Positions 44,397 through 55,074 are shown, counted from the stretch's first letter. The stretch is DNA of 64,000 bases from Gemmatimonadota bacterium (GCA_963666735.1 OY762926.1:1472001-1536000); one strand, 5' to 3'. The notes: generated by a model not told the origin, from the letters alone. Numbers and translations: made by a program.

Positions 44397-45016
44397 TCAA
44401 GCGGCCACCGAACCGCTCGTCGCGGACCCCGTCACCACAAGGTCGAACACCTGCGCCTCGAACTCGCGCGGACAGCGGAGTTCGTACCCGTCCCCGTCCG
44501 ACGCGGGCCGGAGCAAGGCGTCCGCCGCGAGGTCTTCCACCCCCGGCCGGGTGAACTCGAACACCCAATGCCGTAGTGGTCGCCGTCGGGCAGATACATG
44601 GGCGGGTCGAAGAGGACGAGTCCCGCGTATCCGCTCCCGGGCGGATCCTGGTTGAGGGTGATCATCGCCGAGAGCGAGTGAAACACGCCGGCCGCGGGCT
44701 TGGCGCCGAAGTGACGTTCGATGCCGGCCCGGATGCGCGCGTCATCGGCCGTGAAGGTCGCGACGCTGTGACCGGCGAGGTCGGCCGTCGGGTTCCGGCC
44801 GTGGCTGCGGAGGTCGTAGACGATCAGCTCGAAGCGCGATGCGAGGCGCGACCAGAACGGGTAGTAGAGGTCGATGGCGACCCCGTTGTCATGGCTGAGG
44901 ACGAGCCGCGGACCGTCCACCCTCCCGTGCCGCCTGAGGATAATGCGGGCGCCGCCGGCCGCCTCGACCTCGACGGTGTCGAGCGGCTTCGGGACCCGCC
45001 ACCCGGGTGCGGTCAT
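44397..45016 (-). pseudogene. Alpha/beta hydrolase, internally deleted and truncated
   Basis: LSHDNG, YDLRSHG, FHSLS, FDPP; frame change near 44567 to ...YELRCPREFEAQVF; C-terminus absent. Confidence 0.75.
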
Positions 45017-45051
45017 GGACCCTCCTTTCCGAGGGATGATATACGCGCCTG

Positions 45052-45960
45052 TTATGCGGCTGGCGAGACGACGACCCCTTCGCGCGCGGTCAGATACCGG
45101 TAGAGGCCGCCGAGGCGCTTCGTGAGCGGCCCCGGCGATCCGTCTCCGATGACCCGCCCATCGATTTCGGTCACGCTCGCCAGTTCCCCCATCGTCCCGG
45201 TGCAGAACGCCTCGTCCGCGCGGTAGGCCTCGGTGAGGGAGAGATCCTTCACCCGGCTCGGGATATCGTGCTCCGCGCAGAGTTCGAGCACCGTGGCGCG
45301 GGTGATGCCCTCGGGACACGCGACGGTCCGGCTCGTCATCGCGACGCCGCCGGATACGAAGAAGAGGCTCGTCGCGTTGGTCTCGGCGATGAATCCGCGC
45401 CCGTCGAGCATCAGCGCGTCGTCGGCGCCGGCCGCGTTCGCCTCGATCTTGGCCAGGATCGACTGGAGGAGATTGGCGTGATGGATCTTCGGATCCAGCG
45501 TGTCCGGCCCGAAGCGGCGCAGCGAACTCGTGATCAGCTTGAGGCCGGACCGTTCGTACACCGGCGCCTTGTGTTCGGCGAGCACGATGAGCGTGGGGCC
45601 CGACTCGTTGAGGCGCGGGTCCATGCCGCTGGTGAACTTCACCCCCCGTGTCAGCGTGAGCCGGACGTGTACCCCGTCGCGCATGCGGTTCGCGGCGAGC
45701 GTCCGGCGGATCTCCTCGATGATCTCCTCGTCGGAGGGGATCCCGGCGAAGGCAAGCGCCAGGGCGGAGGACCGGAGCCGCGCGAGGTGTTCCCGCAGCT
45801 TGAAGATGCGGCCGTCATACAGGCGCAGCCCCTCCCAAACGGCATCTCCCCCCTGCACCACGGAGTCGAAGGGGCTCACGCCGGCCTCGTCCCGGTGAAC
45901 CAGGGTGCCGTTCACGTTGACGATGAGGTCGCGGTTTCGTTCGTCAAACTGTTGCAGCAT
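45052..45960 (-). CDS. Aminotransferase class IV (BCAT-like)
   Basis: GDAVWEGLR, PKIHHAN, EGITR, EAFCTGT. Confidence 0.9.
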   Translation of the reverse strand: MLQQFDERNRDLIVNVNGTLVHRDEAGVSPFDSVVQGGDAVWEGLRLYDGRIFKLREHLARLRSSALALAFAGIPSDEEIIEEIRRTLAANRMRDGVHVRLTLTRGVKFTSGMDPRLNESGPTLIVLAEHKAPVYERSGLKLITSSLRRFGPDTLDPKIHHANLLQSILAKIEANAAGADDALMLDGRGFIAETNATSLFFVSGGVAMTSRTVACPEGITRATVLELCAEHDIPSRVKDLSLTEAYRADEAFCTGTMGELASVTEIDGRVIGDGSPGPLTKRLGGLYRYLTAREGVVVSPAA

Positions 45961-46008
45961 CCAGTGTCCATCGCTCTTGGAGGATCTCTGTAGCTATCGG
46001 CCTTCTCG

Positions 46009-47175
46009 TCACCTGCCCGGCAGGGGGGCCAGCGTCTCGACGAGTTCTGCCGCGGGAAGCGCGCGCACACTCGGGGCCAGCCGGTAGCGCTCTGTCCCGG
46101 CGTGAACCACGTCCAGACGGTCCAGGTTCAACGTCTCAAGCGCCGAACGCATCGACCGGGTGAGCTTGGGTGCCTCCGCCCGCTTGACCTCGAACCCGTA
46201 GCGGTTCGCTCCGTCTATCACGAGCAGATCGAGTTCTGCGCCTGCGTGTGTGGACCAATGGAAGCACTGCTCCGCGGGTGCCCGCAGCAGATGAACTACC
46301 TGTTGGATGACGAACCCTTCCCAGGAAGCGCCGACCTTGGGATGTGACACGACGTCGGCCCGCCCGGAGAGACCGAGCAGAGCGTGGAGGATCCCCGAAT
46401 CACCGATGTAGACCTTGGGCGACCTGACCTGTCGCTTCCTGATGTTCTCGAACCAGGGCTGGAGCTGCCGCACCACGAAGACGGAGGTCAGCAGGTCGAG
46501 GTACCGGCGGACCGTCGCGTGGGAGACGCCGAAGGCGCGTGCGAACTCGGCGCCGTTCCAGATCTGTCCATGCCAGTGCGCAAGCATCGCCCAGAAGCGG
46601 CGGAGCGTAGCCGACGGGATGGTGCTCCCGAGTTCCGGAAGATCCCGCGCCAGAAGCGTGCGGATGAACCCGTCTCGCCAGCGGCGGCTCGCGGGCTCGG
46701 ATCGAGCGAGGTACGAGCGCGGGAATCCGCCCCGCAGCCAGAGCCGTTCCAGGTCATCCACCTCAGAGAGGCCGAAGCCATCGAGTTCGTGGAACGCAAC
46801 GCGTCCGGCGAGCGACTCCGAGGTTTGACGCAGAAGTTCGGGCGAAGCGCTCCCCAGCACGAGGAAGCGGGCCGGAGGGCCGGAACGATCCGCGAGGACG
46901 CGCAGGAGCTGGAAGATGTCGGGCAGCCGGTGGATCTCGTCCAAGACCACGAGACCCTTGAGCGGCCGCAATTCCAGCCCGGGATCGTCCAGCCGCGCGA
47001 GATCGGCGGGATCCTCAAGGTCGAACCAAGCCACGGGCTCGGAGTACGCCGCCGCCAGCTGCCGCGCGAGCGTGGTCTTCCCCACCTGCCGCGCCCCCAG
47101 CAGGGCGACAACGGGGAACTCTCCCAGCAACAGGCGGACACGACTCGAATCGTGCTCTCGCATGATCTCCATCAT
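46009..47175 (-). CDS. AAA+ ATPase, AAA_14/DUF4143 family (copy A, intact)
   Basis: GARQVGKT, LDEIH, ESLAGR, GGFP, C-terminal ELDLL..FEVK nuclease-like motif. Confidence 0.92.
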   Translation of the reverse strand: MMEIMREHDSSRVRLLLGEFPVVALLGARQVGKTTLARQLAAAYSEPVAWFDLEDPADLARLDDPGLELRPLKGLVVLDEIHRLPDIFQLLRVLADRSGPPARFLVLGSASPELLRQTSESLAGRVAFHELDGFGLSEVDDLERLWLRGGFPRSYLARSEPASRRWRDGFIRTLLARDLPELGSTIPSATLRRFWAMLAHWHGQIWNGAEFARAFGVSHATVRRYLDLLTSVFVVRQLQPWFENIRKRQVRSPKVYIGDSGILHALLGLSGRADVVSHPKVGASWEGFVIQQVVHLLRAPAEQCFHWSTHAGAELDLLVIDGANRYGFEVKRAEAPKLTRSMRSALETLNLDRLDVVHAGTERYRLAPSVRALPAAELVETLAPLPGR

Positions 47176-47209
47176 TGAAATATGATCGATGACCGATCAG
47201 ATTTCAATG
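47173..47209 (-). promoter_or_regulatory. Leaderless-type promoter inside a 16-bp inverted repeat
   Basis: Minus strand TTGAAA-N17-CATATT-N6-ATG; arms CATTGAAATATGATCG / CGATCAGATTTCAATG (1 mismatch). Confidence 0.65.
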
Positions 47210-47305
47210 CATGATCAATCTGAGCCAGCACGGGAATGGGAACCCGCGTCTCACGGGCCGTGAAAGGTTGGCCCATGAGGCCTCCAGCGAAGGATGAAGC
47301 GCGAT

Positions 47306-47956
47306 GACTTGTCCTTCTCGAGACCCGCCTTCACGTAGATCCCGTCGGCCCACGCGTACACACCGGTTCGCGGTCGTCCAGCGGCCGCCGGCTCCACGCC
47401 TCGTGCTCCGCCGTCCACTTCGCCCCGAGCCGCCCCACCGAGGACTTCGACAACGGCGCCCCGTCGCCAAGAAGGCCCCGCAAGGCCAGCTCGAAGCCGC
47501 CCCCGGCCAGCCCGTGCGGGTACAGCTCCGGGATCAGCTCGCCCACCTCCCGCGTCCGGCGCCGGAACAACGGCAACACCCGGCTCTCGAACCGCTCCTC
47601 CAGACCCCGCACCCGGGGCCGCCCCGCCTCACCTCGATCATCCCCGAACTCATCGCCAGCCGACGCGCCTTGCCGTGCCCGTTCCGGTAGCCCGGAGACG
47701 CGTCCGCCGCCGCCCGCCGCTCCGACTTCATCCGGCCCGGAAGTTCCGTGACCTCCTCCTCCAGCGCCTGCCGGATCATGTCCCGCGCCCGCTCCCGCAC
47801 CCACGCCCCGGCGTCTCCCACGCCGGCTCGGCGAACCTCTCCCGCATATCGTTGTCCATGAGGCGGCGTCCTTTCTCCGGGTCTCCCCCCGGATCGCTGG
47901 TAAACGGTCAGCTGAAAGGTACGTCGCCTCGCTCTTACACACCTTTTGGTCCTACC
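47306..47956 (-). mobile_element. IS256-family remnant (5' part, frameshifted)
   Basis: ALEEEVTE, GYRNGHGK, PRVRG..FESRVLP, ELY.HGL, WADGIYVKAG across frames; putative end GGTAGGACCAAAAGGTGT. Confidence 0.8.
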
Positions 47957-48058
47957 TCCGGTTCGATCCGCCCCGACCTTCCCCGGAGCAGGGGGAGCGG
48001 CGCAACAGAGGGCGTCAGATGCAATTTGCGGTCCGATCGATTCGGTGGTGATACTTCG

Positions 48059-50473
48059 ATGATGGAGATTCCCCGGAGGACTCGGGCGCGCACCGTGGCA
48101 ACGATTTCGCTGGCGGCCGTCATGCCGGCGGCCGCGCTCGCCCAGGAACCGCCGCCGCCCGATCCGGACTCGGTGGGCCGCCTGCCGGAGATGGTCGTTA
48201 CGGCCAGAAACCGCGGGGAGTCGGTGCAGGACGTTCCGCTCGCGATCTCCGCGTTCTCCGACAGAGATCTCGAGGTTCAGCAGATCGGAACGACGGACGA
48301 GCTGAGCTACATCACGCCTAACCTCTCCTTCAACTCCTCGGGCGCCTTCGCCGGCACGAGGTCCGCGGCGCAGATCTTCATCAGGGGCGTGGGGCAGGTG
48401 GACTACCTGCCCGTGACGGACCCGGGCGTCGCGGTGTACGCCGACGGCATCTACATGGCGCGCTCCGTGGGGGCGGTGATGGACTTCCTCGACGTGGAGC
48501 GCGTCGAGGTGCTGCGCGGCCCTCAGGGCACCCTGTTCGGCCGCAACGCGGTAGGCGGGGCCGTGGTGCTACACTCGCGGCGGCCCGGTGAGCAACCGCG
48601 CCGGAGTTTTCGGGCGAAGCTCGGCAGCGACCGCATGACCCACGCGACGGCCACGGTCGGCGGTCCCGTATCCGAGCGCCTCTTCGCCGGTCTCACGCTG
48701 GCCTACCGAAACCGGGACGGCTACGTGACCCGGGTCCACGATGGTCTGGACATGGGAGACGACGACGGACAGGCGGCCCGAGGCACCCTCGTCTGGCGGC
48801 CGAGCGCCGCCCTGGAGATGTTCGCGACGGCGGACCTCGCCCGGCGGAGGGAAAACGGCGCGCCCACGGTGTCCGGGGGCGTCAACGACCTCGCCTCGTT
48901 CGGGGCCCTCGGTAACGGACTGCTGCCGGGCTGCGGCGCGGTTGCGATCAACTCCGCCTATCCGACCGAGGGTCCACCTTCCCTCCCCCCTCCCGGCACG
49001 AGCACCGGCGGGGCCACCGGCTGCTACGGACCGGACAGCTTCGCGGGCGAGTACATCGCCGAGGGTACCTTCCCCGCCTTCTCCGAGTTCGACTCGTGGG
49101 GAGGGAGCGTCGAACTGACCTGGTCGCCGGTGCGGTGGGCCACCCTGCACTCGCTCACCGGCTATCGCGCACTGGACATGAAGGCCTCGCGCGACGCCGA
49201 CAACACGCCGGCCAACATCCTCCAGACGCAGGAATGGCTCGACCACACCCAGCTCAGCCAGGAACTGCGACTGAGCGGCGTCGCGATCGGCCATCGGATA
49301 CACGGGCAGACCGGCCTCTACCTCTTCCGCGAGCACGGATACCAGCGGAGCGCCGTCATCGTGCCGCCGGGGGCCCTGCACAGCGGCGGCGACTACGACA
49401 ACGCGTCCGTGGCGGGGTTCGCCCAAGTGACCGGCGAAATCACGGAGGCGCTGTCCCTGACCCTCGGAGCCCGGTACACCAAGGACCGGAAGGGGCTCAC
49501 GCCCGACCTCTACGCGCTCGGCGACGCCTCGCAGGGAATCGGCAGCATCTTCGCCCCCACGTGGCCGGGGGCCGCCGGCCTCTACCTCTCTCCGGCCGGC
49601 CCCATGAAGCCGGGAGACCGCATGCTGCCGCGCCGGGACTTCTTAGCGGACTTCGGGGCGCTGACGGTCACGGCGAAGCTCGGATACCGGCTCGGCTCGG
49701 GCGTGACGGCCTACGCCGGGTTCTCGAACGGATTCAAGAGCGGCGGCTTCGATATCCGCTATCCCGCGCCGCCCGCCGGGCACGAGCCCAATTCGTCCGG
49801 CGCGGCTCCGGGCACCTACGATCCGGAGACCGTCTCCAGCTACGAGGTCGGACTCAAGTCCCTCCTCGCCGGGGGCCGCATGCGGCTGAATCTCGCCCTG
49901 TTCCGGGCCGACTACGACGACATCCAGGTCCTCATCCGCGAGTCGTTCAACCCGATCACCTTCAACGGCGGGGCGGCGGACATTTCCGGGGCGGAACTGG
50001 AAACGGCCTGGCTCCCGGGCGACGGCTGGGACATTCGCGGCAACCTCGGCACCATGCGCGCCCGCTACGACAGCCTCAGCGCCCGCGTGCTCACCAACGC
50101 GACCCCCGTCCTCCCCGGCTACAAGCTGGCCAAGACTCCGAGCCTCAGCCACGGCCTCATGGTCGGCCGGGCCGCGACCCTCTCCGGCGGAACCATCCTC
50201 ACGCCCCGGGTCCAGTGGAGCTACACCGGTGCCCAGCACCACGACGCCATCAACACGCCCCAGATCTTTCAGGAGGGGTATCACCTCCTCAACGCCTCTC
50301 TCGCCCTGCAGACGGGAGACGGCCGCTGGGAGCTGGTGGCCGCCGCCCGCAACCTCACGAACACCCGCTATCTCGTGACGGGCAACTCCGCCTTCGACAC
50401 GGCGGCCGCCTACGTGGAGCGCGTCTACGGCCGGCCCCGCGAGTGGTCCGTTACGGTGGGATACCGCTGGTAA
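48059..50473 (+). CDS. TonB-dependent receptor
   Basis: EMVVTAR, IFIRGVG, VEVLRGPQGTLFGRN, GFKSGGF, C-terminal VGYRW. Confidence 0.93.
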   Translation: MMEIPRRTRARTVATISLAAVMPAAALAQEPPPPDPDSVGRLPEMVVTARNRGESVQDVPLAISAFSDRDLEVQQIGTTDELSYITPNLSFNSSGAFAGTRSAAQIFIRGVGQVDYLPVTDPGVAVYADGIYMARSVGAVMDFLDVERVEVLRGPQGTLFGRNAVGGAVVLHSRRPGEQPRRSFRAKLGSDRMTHATATVGGPVSERLFAGLTLAYRNRDGYVTRVHDGLDMGDDDGQAARGTLVWRPSAALEMFATADLARRRENGAPTVSGGVNDLASFGALGNGLLPGCGAVAINSAYPTEGPPSLPPPGTSTGGATGCYGPDSFAGEYIAEGTFPAFSEFDSWGGSVELTWSPVRWATLHSLTGYRALDMKASRDADNTPANILQTQEWLDHTQLSQELRLSGVAIGHRIHGQTGLYLFREHGYQRSAVIVPPGALHSGGDYDNASVAGFAQVTGEITEALSLTLGARYTKDRKGLTPDLYALGDASQGIGSIFAPTWPGAAGLYLSPAGPMKPGDRMLPRRDFLADFGALTVTAKLGYRLGSGVTAYAGFSNGFKSGGFDIRYPAPPAGHEPNSSGAAPGTYDPETVSSYEVGLKSLLAGGRMRLNLALFRADYDDIQVLIRESFNPITFNGGAADISGAELETAWLPGDGWDIRGNLGTMRARYDSLSARVLTNATPVLPGYKLAKTPSLSHGLMVGRAATLSGGTILTPRVQWSYTGAQHHDAINTPQIFQEGYHLLNASLALQTGDGRWELVAAARNLTNTRYLVTGNSAFDTAAAYVERVYGRPREWSVTVGYRW

Positions 50474-50543
50474 CGAGCATTGGGTCGCCCCGCCGGGAGG
50501 CCGGGATCGAATCGCTGTTCGATACGATACCCGTTGATTAGCA

Positions 50544-51693
50544 TTAGCGGAGCGCATCCGCCAAGCTGACCGCGGGGAGCGCGCGGACGTTCGGCGCCAG
50601 TGGGTAGCGCTTCGCGCCCTCGTGGACCACGTCGAGTCGGTCGAGGTTCAGTGTCTCCATCGCCGACCGCATGGACCGCGTGATTCGCGGAGCCTCCGTC
50701 CGCTTGACCTTGAACCCGTACCTCCGTGCTCCGGCGACGACGAGCAGATCGAGTTTCGCGCCCGTGTGCGTGGCCCAGTGAAAGCACTGGTCGGGGCCGC
50801 CCGCAGCAGATGGACGATCTCCCGGATGACGACCCCTCCCAAGAAGCCCCCACCTTGGGATGCGACACGACATCCGTTCGGCCGGCGAGGCCGAGCAGGG
50901 CGTGGAGGATGCCGGAGTCGCCGAGGTAGACCCTTGGCGAGCGCACTTGACGCTTGCTGATGTTGTCGAGCCACGGCTGGAGCTGCCGGACCACGAAGAC
51001 CGAGGTGAGCAGGTCAAGGTATCGCCGGACCGTCGCGTGGGAGACGCCGAAGACGCGCCCGAACTCCGCGCCGTTCCAGATCTGCCCGTGCCAGTGCGCG
51101 AGCATGGCGCAGGAGCGGCGGAGCGTCGCCGACGGGATGGTGCTCCCGAGTTCCGGGAGATCCCGCGCCAAGAGCGTGCGGATGAACCCGTCTCGCCAGC
51201 GACGGCTCGCGGGCTCCGACCGGGCGAGGTACGAGCGCGGGAACCCGCCGCGGAGCCAGAGCCGTTCCAGATCGTCCGCTTCGTTGAGGCCGAAGCCATC
51301 AAGTTCGTGGAACGCGACACGTCCGGCGAGCGACTCGGAGGTCTGACGCAGAAGTTCGGGCGACGCGCTCCCCAGCACGAGGAAGCGGGGCGGAGGGCCG
51401 GGACGGTCCGCGAGGACGCGAAGGAGCTGGAAGATGTCGAGCAGACGGTGGATCTCATCCAGAACCACGAGACCCTCGAGCGGCCGTAGTTCCAGCCCCG
51501 GATCGTCCAGCCGCGCAAGATCGGCGGGATCCTCGAGGTCGAACCATGCCACGGGCCCGGAGTGCGCCGCCGCCAACTGCCCGGCGAGCGTGGTCTTCCC
51601 CACCTGCCGCGCGCCCAGCAACGCGACGATGGGGGACTCGCCCAGCAACAGACGGACGCGACCTAGATCGTGTTTTCGGGTGATATCCATCAT
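50544..51693 (-). pseudogene. AAA_14/DUF4143 ATPase copy B, two -1 frameshifts
   Basis: Colinear with 46009-47175; single-base losses near 50833 and 50792 (could be assembly errors). Confidence 0.85.
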
Positions 51694-51826
51694 TGAAGTA
51701 TGATCGACGGCCGATCAGATTTTCTTGCAAGAGTTCGCGTGCACGGCGATCCCGCGCCTGCCGTGGGTTGAGAACGTGATCGTAGGCGTCTCATCTTTTG
51801 TTCTGATGAAAGAATCCGCAGAACCA

Positions 51827-52800
51827 ATGACTCCCGGCGAGTTCCTCCGTAACCTTGCGCAACTCAACACTCATACGCGTAGGGGCAGGCGGGCACCGCA
51901 CAAGCCGCTCCTCCTCCTGTTCGCCTTGGGCCGCGTGCTGCGCGACCGCGACCGTTTGGTCGGGTACGCCGAGGTGGATCGGCGCGTCGGTGACCTGATG
52001 CAGCGCTTCGGTTACCCGGGAGCGGCGTTCGTCCCCAGTATCCGTTCCGTTGGCTGCTCTCCGATGGACTCTGGGAGATCCCTCGGTACGCGGAGCTTCG
52101 GAAGAACGCGAGCGGAGACCTGTACGTTCGGCAGTTGAGGGATCTGGGCGTCGAGGGAGGCTTCCCGGAGAGAGTGCATGACCTCCTTCGCGCCGATCCA
52201 GGTCTCGCATCGCGAGCCGCGGAGGAGATCCTGCACGGACACTTTCCCGAATCTCTTCACCGGGAGATCCGTGAGGCGGCCGGCATCCGGGGAGAGCGGA
52301 AGGCGAGTGAGGCGGGAGATGCGCCCGCAGCCCCGACCGTGCGGGAGCGGGAGGTTGGCCCGCCAGGTTTCTATTCGTACCTGGCGCGCGGCCGGCGTCG
52401 CGATCCCTTCTTCCGCGGGTCAGTGCTCGACGAATACATGGAGCGCTGCGCGGTGTGCGACCTCGACGTCCGCCTCGGCGCGCAGCCGCTCGGCCTAGAG
52501 GCCGCGCACATCCAATGGCATTCCCACGCCGGTCCCGATGAAGTGGCAAACGGCCTCGCCCTCTGCCTTCTACATCACGAAGCCTTCGACCGCGGCGCGC
52601 TTGGCCTGGAAGAGCGCAAGGGGACGGGATTCAACGTGCTCGTGTCCCACGAGGTGCGGGAGTCGCGCGTGGAGGCCGCCGGCTCGCTCATCGAGTTCTC
52701 CGGCCGCCGGATTCGGTCTCCCCGAACTGCGGCCCGGGCACCCGCGCCCCTATTCGTTGAATGGCACTCCAGGGAGGTCTTTCGCAGCCCGCCACGCTAA
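51827..52800 (+). pseudogene. SBD-HNH phosphorothioate-dependent restriction endonuclease, frameshifted
   Basis: RAPHKPLLLLFALG, then after a shift near 52020 YPFRWL.SDGLWE; CAVC, LEAAHI, NGLALC.LHH.AFD. Confidence 0.78.
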
Positions 52801-52971
52801 GCTGCGTCCAACCTCTTCCCGCATACCGACCCTTGGGACGTCTCCCGACGCGGGGTTGTTGAGGCCGCCGCCGCTGTCTCATCTTCCCACGCCGGACGGA
52901 AGCGAGGCTTCGCGACCCGCCCGGCATCATCGAGGGGGAACGAGGAGCTGGACCGGAGGTCGGGAGGCGGA

Positions 52972-53481
52972 ATGGGAAACGACGGGGTGCGAGACCAAGG
53001 CCGGTACGAGATCGCGTTCGCTTGCGGAGACGAGGATCTGCCCCCGCAAGAGTGGCCGGTCTCCGGGCGGGTCCCCGAGTGGATTCGGGTTCACCGCGAC
53101 GGCGTACTCATCGGCCGCGTGGCTGCGGAGTCGGGGGACGGGTGCCTCGAGGCCACCGGCATCGGACGATTCCAGGTCCGGTACGCGTGGATCGACGATG
53201 ACGAGGTCACGTCCTACGCGCCCGGAGATTTCTGGCGCGGATTCCGTGAGTGCTCCGGCCTTCCGGACACGCTGGCGCTCTACAGGCGAGACGGGGAGGG
53301 CCGCTACGTGTTCGTGTACGAGGAAGCCATCGGCTGGCCGCCGCCCTTTCGCCGGCGGCACCGGATCGAGTGGGAGGATCTCAGTCTCGCGACGCGCGTC
53401 GAATACATGGACGGGGAGATCGACACGCTTCCGCTCGGCACCCCGCCGCGGCGTCCGGGGCTGACCGAGTTGGCCCGGTAG
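52972..53481 (+). CDS. Hypothetical protein
   Basis: 169 aa, GGAGG RBS, ends 5 nt before the HNH gene; no motif recognised. Confidence 0.6.
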   Translation: MGNDGVRDQGRYEIAFACGDEDLPPQEWPVSGRVPEWIRVHRDGVLIGRVAAESGDGCLEATGIGRFQVRYAWIDDDEVTSYAPGDFWRGFRECSGLPDTLALYRRDGEGRYVFVYEEAIGWPPPFRRRHRIEWEDLSLATRVEYMDGEIDTLPLGTPPRRPGLTELAR

Positions 53482-53486
53482 GGGCC

Positions 53487-54371
53487 GTGCCGAAGGCCGT
53501 CTTCACGACGAAGGTGGACCCCGCCTACGACGATCTTCCGGAGCAGCGTTACCACTTCCCGCGTACGTATCTCAACGCCGTGCGGCCCGCGTTGGGCGAT
53601 TGGATCGTGTACTACGAGCCCCGGCGTTCCACGGCCCATCTCTCGAGTTCCGGAGGGCGACTGTCCTACTTCGCCACGGCCCGCCTCGTGGACATCCGGC
53701 CCGATCCCGCCCGTGCGGATCACTTCTACGGATACGTCGAGGACTACCTCGAGTTCGATAGGCCCGTCCCGTTCCGAGAAGGAAGCTTCTACTACGAGCG
53801 CGACCTGCGTAAGGCGGACGGAACCACGAACAAGGGGCGGTTCGGGCGCGCGGTCCGGCCGATCCGCGATGTGGAGTACCATGTGATTCTCCAAGCGGGA
53901 TTCCGTGACTTCGCCGACGCGCGGTGGCGGATGAGGGAGAGCGATCCGGTAGAGACGGATCGTCGCATCGTGGAGCGCATCTCGCGCCGGCCCTTCCGGG
54001 ACCGCGTATTCTCGACGGCCGTCCGCACGGCGTACGACAACACCTGCGCGGTCACGGGCCTACGGATCATCAACGGCGGCGGGCGACCGGAGGTGCAGGC
54101 CGCCCACATCAAGCCCGTCGCGAAGCGCGGACCGGACAGCATGCGCAACGGCTTGGCGCTGTCCGGAACCGCGCACTGGATGTTCGACCGCGGTCTCATC
54201 TCGGTCGCCGACGACTACACGCTGCTGCTCCGCGAGGGGGCGATCCCCGGCCACTTCTTCCGCATCATCAACGAGGACCGGCGCTTGAAGGTCCCGGAAG
54301 CACCGTCGCACCGCCCGCATCCGAACTTCCTCAAGTATCACCGCGAACAGATCTTCCAGGCTCACGCATAG
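53487..54371 (+). CDS. HNH putative restriction endonuclease (COG3440-like) with N-terminal PUA/EVE-like domain
   Basis: YDDLPE.RYHFP, GDWIVYYEP, YFATA; CAVTG, QAAHIKP, NGLALS..HWMFD. Confidence 0.85.
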   Translation: MPKAVFTTKVDPAYDDLPEQRYHFPRTYLNAVRPALGDWIVYYEPRRSTAHLSSSGGRLSYFATARLVDIRPDPARADHFYGYVEDYLEFDRPVPFREGSFYYERDLRKADGTTNKGRFGRAVRPIRDVEYHVILQAGFRDFADARWRMRESDPVETDRRIVERISRRPFRDRVFSTAVRTAYDNTCAVTGLRIINGGGRPEVQAAHIKPVAKRGPDSMRNGLALSGTAHWMFDRGLISVADDYTLLLREGAIPGHFFRIINEDRRLKVPEAPSHRPHPNFLKYHREQIFQAHA

Positions 54372-54379
54372 GAATTGGT

Positions 54380-54655
54380 CTACGCGGCCGTCTCGTAGAG
54401 GACGGCGTCGTGGAGCTGGCTCTCGTCCAGACCGTAGTCGTGGGCTATCGCGGCGGTTTCCTCGCCGGCGTGGATGCGGTCTACGAGGGCCCGAGTCGAC
54501 ACGCCGGATCCGGCCAACACAGGTCGTCCGAACGAGATCCGCGGGTTGATCGAGATGGCCCGCGCATTCGCCGATTGCCGCGGAAGTACCGGATAAAGCC
54601 GGAACGGGAGGCGTTTGTCGTCACGTTCCACGCGGTTGAGGCAATCCTTCAGCGC
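54380..54655 (-). pseudogene. DUF433 antitoxin (VapB45-like) C-terminal remnant
   Basis: INPRISFGRPVL.GSGV..AGEETAAIAHDYGL; no recognisable N-terminal HTH and no toxin downstream. Confidence 0.7.
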
Positions 54656-55074
54656 ACACGTCGGTGGCGAAACGTTATCGGCAAGCGCCTGGAGCCACCA
54701 TCCCGACGGGCCCGGGCACCGAGTTCGGCTTGATCTGGTCGGGCGGACCGAACCCGGGGAGCTTGCCGACCCTTTGCCGAGACTCGGCGTCCTCTGCCTT
54801 TGATACCCCGTTGAACGGTATCGGGTGCTTGGTCGTAGGCGGAAAGCGCGGATCCGGGTGTCGCCCATTCTCACACGGAGTCTCGGGCTGCACGATCACG
54901 TCAAACGCCGATGTGCTCGCAGCAACCAACGTCTCTCCGGCAATCGCCGCCACGTCCGGGGGGCCGCGAACCCTCGCGTTGGTCCGCCCGGGCCTCGCAC
55001 CCTACGTTCCGCTCTGGCGGGCCGATGGCGAGCCATCAAGCAGAGGAAACCAGCGAAAGGAGAAGAGACCGCCC

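Noticed and set aside
52807..52866. GTCCAAC...GTTGAGG after the SBD-HNH stop as attC
   Set aside because: Weak pairing, wrong spacer length, not repeated after neighbouring genes.
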